Under the pieces are notes generated by a model. The model had not been told where the DNA came from, made no database searches, and saw only the letters and a program-made list of their open reading frames with translations. Below are positions 60,701-64,000 of a stretch of 64,000 bases of DNA, in pieces. The stretch lies in the NCBI GenBank assembly GCA_950097015.1, contig CATNEN010000025.1, positions 9,176,001 through 9,240,000 of the forward strand, written 5' to 3'. The translations under genes and the position numbers were made by a program. How positions within the stretch are numbered: position 1 is the first letter of the stretch; the number at the start of each line of letters is the position of its first letter. This stretch comes from Macrostomum hystrix (lineage: Eukaryota; Animalia; Platyhelminthes).

Positions 60701-63113
60701 ACACTGTTAGTGTGCATTGGGAGTGGGACTGGACACTGATGTACATGTGAAGTTTTCGTCGATGCGCGACACTTGCATAGAAGATAAACACCCTGGCAGC
60801 AATCGCGTCAATGTAAATAGGATATGAACACTGAGGGAGTTGGGTCTATGTACTCGTAACATACATAGGCAATAAGAAAAATATGATTGGGTATCTTGAA
60901 AGCCTGTACGAAAGTCTTGAAAGTTGGGAATAATATAATTTGTAACTCACATCCACGACGTAATTGCTTTAAAATAGCGAGAAACACACAGACAGTGAAG
61001 GGGCAGGCAATAGGACAGGTGTTTGTTAATTGTGCAGCCCGGACCTGATGATAAGGAGCTGATGATAAGGATAATAACAGGTCTCTAGTTATGCGACCCA
61101 GGAGTAAACAATAAGCTCACATGTAAAATGCAAGTTTCACATTAATGGAAAACTTTAGGCCAATCTGGCACGCTGAAGCAAGTCTTTGTTTCATTAACAA
61201 AAACTGTAAAGAAAAACTAGTTTGCATTTGCACTATATAGTTCAAGATGGCTTCAAACTGCAGCGCAGGCAGATAACAGGAAGATAAGCCCCGGAGGCTG
61301 TATTTTACGCTGTGTAAGTGAATTAGTGCGGCCGGTTGGGTGTTAAAAAGGAAAGCGTGGGAAGACCAATGAGTCGGAGACTTAAGAAGGCCGAGGTAGC
61401 TAGAGTTCGGGTGCGTCGCACTGCACTGCACAGGGCAGCCAGAATTAAATGCAAATGAAGTGGAACACAGGCCGGGCTCAATAATTGACTCGGAGCTGGC
61501 CGAAGACGGCAATGGGGCAAGACTGGTCCAGAATGAAGGAGGAGATGAGGCGGCAACAGAGCAACTTCAGAGTTAAGGTTTGCAAATTTCTCCCAAGCTA
61601 TATCTGCCATAGCTTTCTACGTATTTGTTACATTTTTTCGCTTTTTCTGCCACGGAGTTTTTTCATAGTAACTTTGGGGGAAACATCTCATTGGTTTTTA
61701 TAGCCGATATGTTTAGAAAAAATCTAGAGCAAAGTCGACCTACTGGTAGAGCTGCGTCCAGATTATAGATTTTAAGATAGAAAATAAATTAAAATAGTTT
61801 AAACCGGTATAAATTAGGGCAGAAAAGTACAAACGCAATCCTACTCTACTCAATCAAACTTCGCTGGCCCAGTGTATAAAGCAGTTAGTTTCATTGTTAA
61901 TAAAGTTGAAACCGAAAGCAAATTAGCTGGGATCTCAATCCTCCAGATCCCCTGAGTAAGATTGAGACGGGTGCAGGAGAAACCAGAAGCACATAGTGGC
62001 ATGATAACGCGATCCCTTTTCAGATTTACCCAGACGCGCAGCATCCCAGATGAGCTCACAAGCTGTGGCAGGAGCGGGCAAAGATTAAAAATGGCTCAAG
62101 TTGGTCGGTTTGAGCGGGCCCACGGCGCTCGGGGATCAAATTTCAAAAAGTAGCCGCCGTCCAGCAGGCAGTGGCAGTGGCAGTGTGCGTTCTCGACCGC
62201 GCGTGCTGCATTATGCATGCTAAACTGAAAGAGATCGCAGCGCTGTGAGACTGGGCCAACTGAGATAGATGGAGGCCCACAAATAGATACTGGGATTGCA
62301 GTGGCGAGAAAGATAAATAGCAGAGAGACGGGATGAGCTCTTCAACATAAGAGGAATCGATAACAAACACATGCCACGGGCTTCAAGGGTGCATTGACAC
62401 CTTACTTGTCACAGTGACGAAGCAGGTAATGAGGGCGAAAGCTGAAGTACATTTAAATTATCGGCCCCTCTTCATAGAAAGTGAAAAAATGAAGCTTCGT
62501 AAATTTAGACTTGTTGGAAGGAACGGGCTATCAAAAAAGTTAAGTTATGGACCATTGCCATAAAGTGAGTGAAAGAGGATTTAACATTTTTACCTCTCGC
62601 ACCAAGGTCCCTGAGCTCGATTCCGCGGCGAGGTCCCATTCATTTGGGGCGCAGCCGCGGAGAGAAGGCTTGGTGTGGAATTTACGCCTTTGAGGGCCAA
62701 CTTCTAAGAGGACAGATGTACACACAGAAAGTCATGGCAGATGTACACACCTGTGTGAGTGTGTACCTGTGTATAGTATCTGTGTGAGTGTGTAATCAGG
62801 AGTCAGCGAAATGGATAGAACTGCCTCCTCGCTGGCTGCAGGTGTCACCAAATGATGTGCCAGAGACCACAGCCCGCCTAAAAATACGAGAATTTTTTTT
62901 AATAATTTTTATGGCCCATTGTTACTATTTTGTTTAGTTATTCTCCTAACTAGTCCTTTTTCAACAGAAGATTTGCCGCACACAATTGCAATGACTTATC
63001 GATTTATCGATCGGAATCAAATACTCGAATATAAATCACAAGTGCAAATTTTGTTTCAGATTCGCTGCGCAACTTATTGTAGGCATATTCGACTACAAAA
63101 CCATTCTCGATGA
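57795..63113 (+). CDS. CHAT: Choline acetyltransferase, N-terminal coding exons; gene continues beyond the window
   Basis: Exons 57795-57875, 58065-58259, 59250-59368, 63060-63113 (phases 0, 0, 2, 2). LPRLPVPEL..TL..YL; KDNW-VSDWWLDDMYL..LPLPVNSNP; RFAAQLIVGIFDYK. Position directly 3' of VAChT supports ChAT over other carnitine/choline acyltransferases. Confidence 0.92.
58335..59120. repeat. 41/42-bp minisatellite (GATCACTAGACCATTGTGCAGCGAGGGAGTCAGTGAACACT)
   Basis: Direct periodicity; in a ChAT intron. Confidence 0.95.
62593..62875 (+). mobile_element. SINE family 1 copy in a ChAT intron
   Basis: CTCTCGCACCAAGGTCCCTGAGCTCGATTCCGCGGCGAGG head, body and tail. Confidence 0.85.
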
Positions 63114-63339
63114 GTAAGTGCACGATTGCCTAAGAATGCAAAAAACTGCTTCCTATTTGCTTGCTTGACTAGAAATACAGCAAAGTGGTCCACTTCAAAA
63201 GCGAGGGTTGGCTTCACAAATTTTGCATTGGGAAATCTTTTGATTTGCTAGGAGTGCCGAATTTTTTATGCTCCCGAAGGACAATAGCGATCTGTAGATT
63301 CAGACCCTAACGACTGATACTTACGAGTAATAACTATGA

Positions 63340-64000
63340 TCCCTAGTAACTGTGATCCCTAATAACTGTGATCCCTAATAACTGTGATCCCTAATAACTG
63401 TGATCCCTAATAACTGTGATCCCTAATAACTGTGATCCCTAATAACTGTGATCCCTAATAACTGTGATCCCTAATAACTGTGATCCCTAATAACTGTGAT
63501 CCCTAATAACTATGATCCCTAATAACTGTGATCCCTAATAACTGTGATCCCTAATAACTGTGATCCCTAATAACTGTGATCCCTAATAACTGTGATCCCT
63601 AATAACTGTGATCCTAATAACTGTGATCCCTAATAACTGTGATCCTAATAACTGTGATCCCTAATAACTGTGATCCCTAATAACTGTGATCCCTAATAAC
63701 TGTGATCCCTAATAACTGTGATCCCTAATAACTGTGATCCCTAATAACTGTGATCCCTAGTAACTGTGATCCCTAATTACTGTGAGCCCAAATTACTGAA
63801 ATCCCAAATTACTGAAATTCCTAATTACTGAAATCCCTAATAACTGTGATCCCTAATAACTGTGATCCCTAGTAACTGTGATCCCTAATAACTGTGATCC
63901 CTAATAACTGTGATCCCTAATAACTGTGATCCCTAATAACTGTGATCCCTAATAACTGTGATCCCTAATAACTGTGATCCCTAATAACTGTGATCCCTAA
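63340..64000. repeat. 16-bp minisatellite (CCCTAATAACTGTGAT), runs off the window
   Basis: Direct periodicity; each unit contains CCCTAA. Confidence 0.97.

Noticed and set aside
62024-62153. Segment SIPDELTSCGRSGQRLKMAQ resembling ChAT SIP...SGQPLCMKQ
   Set aside because: Lies upstream of the exon (63060) that must precede it, lacks the conserved LCM and ends in a stop. Likely chance.

Overview
Eukaryotic, intron-rich metazoan genomic DNA. The GC-rich exons and very heavy minisatellite load suggest a free-living flatworm such as Macrostomum; this is inference only. About 24 kb (roughly 38%) of the window is tandem repeat in about 20 unrelated arrays, and nearly all long ORFs in the supplied track are artefacts of these arrays. 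Genes reconstructed by hand from GT-AG junctions and protein motifs: (1) a complete voltage-gated Ca channel alpha2delta subunit (+, 8372-33047, 21 phase-consistent exons, about 1314 aa); (2) a 3-exon class A peptide-type GPCR (-, 38979-40938); (3) an Rbfox/Fox-1 RRM splicing regulator (+, 45184-47719, N-terminus unresolved); (4) the cholinergic gene locus, with intronless VAChT (53960-55624) followed on the same strand by ChAT coding exons (57795 to beyond the window end). Mobile DNA: an intact RTE-type LINE with a 12-bp TSD and an HDV-like self-cleaving ribozyme fold at its 5' end, inserted into a CORE-type SINE; a second tRNA-derived SINE family with 10 copies or fragments; and a Tc1-like/Gypsy composite fragment that splits a G-rich satellite. 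Several intronic arrays are built from splicing signals: 12 tandem 5' splice sites, about 30 decoy acceptors, and 11 TGCATG Rbfox motifs.
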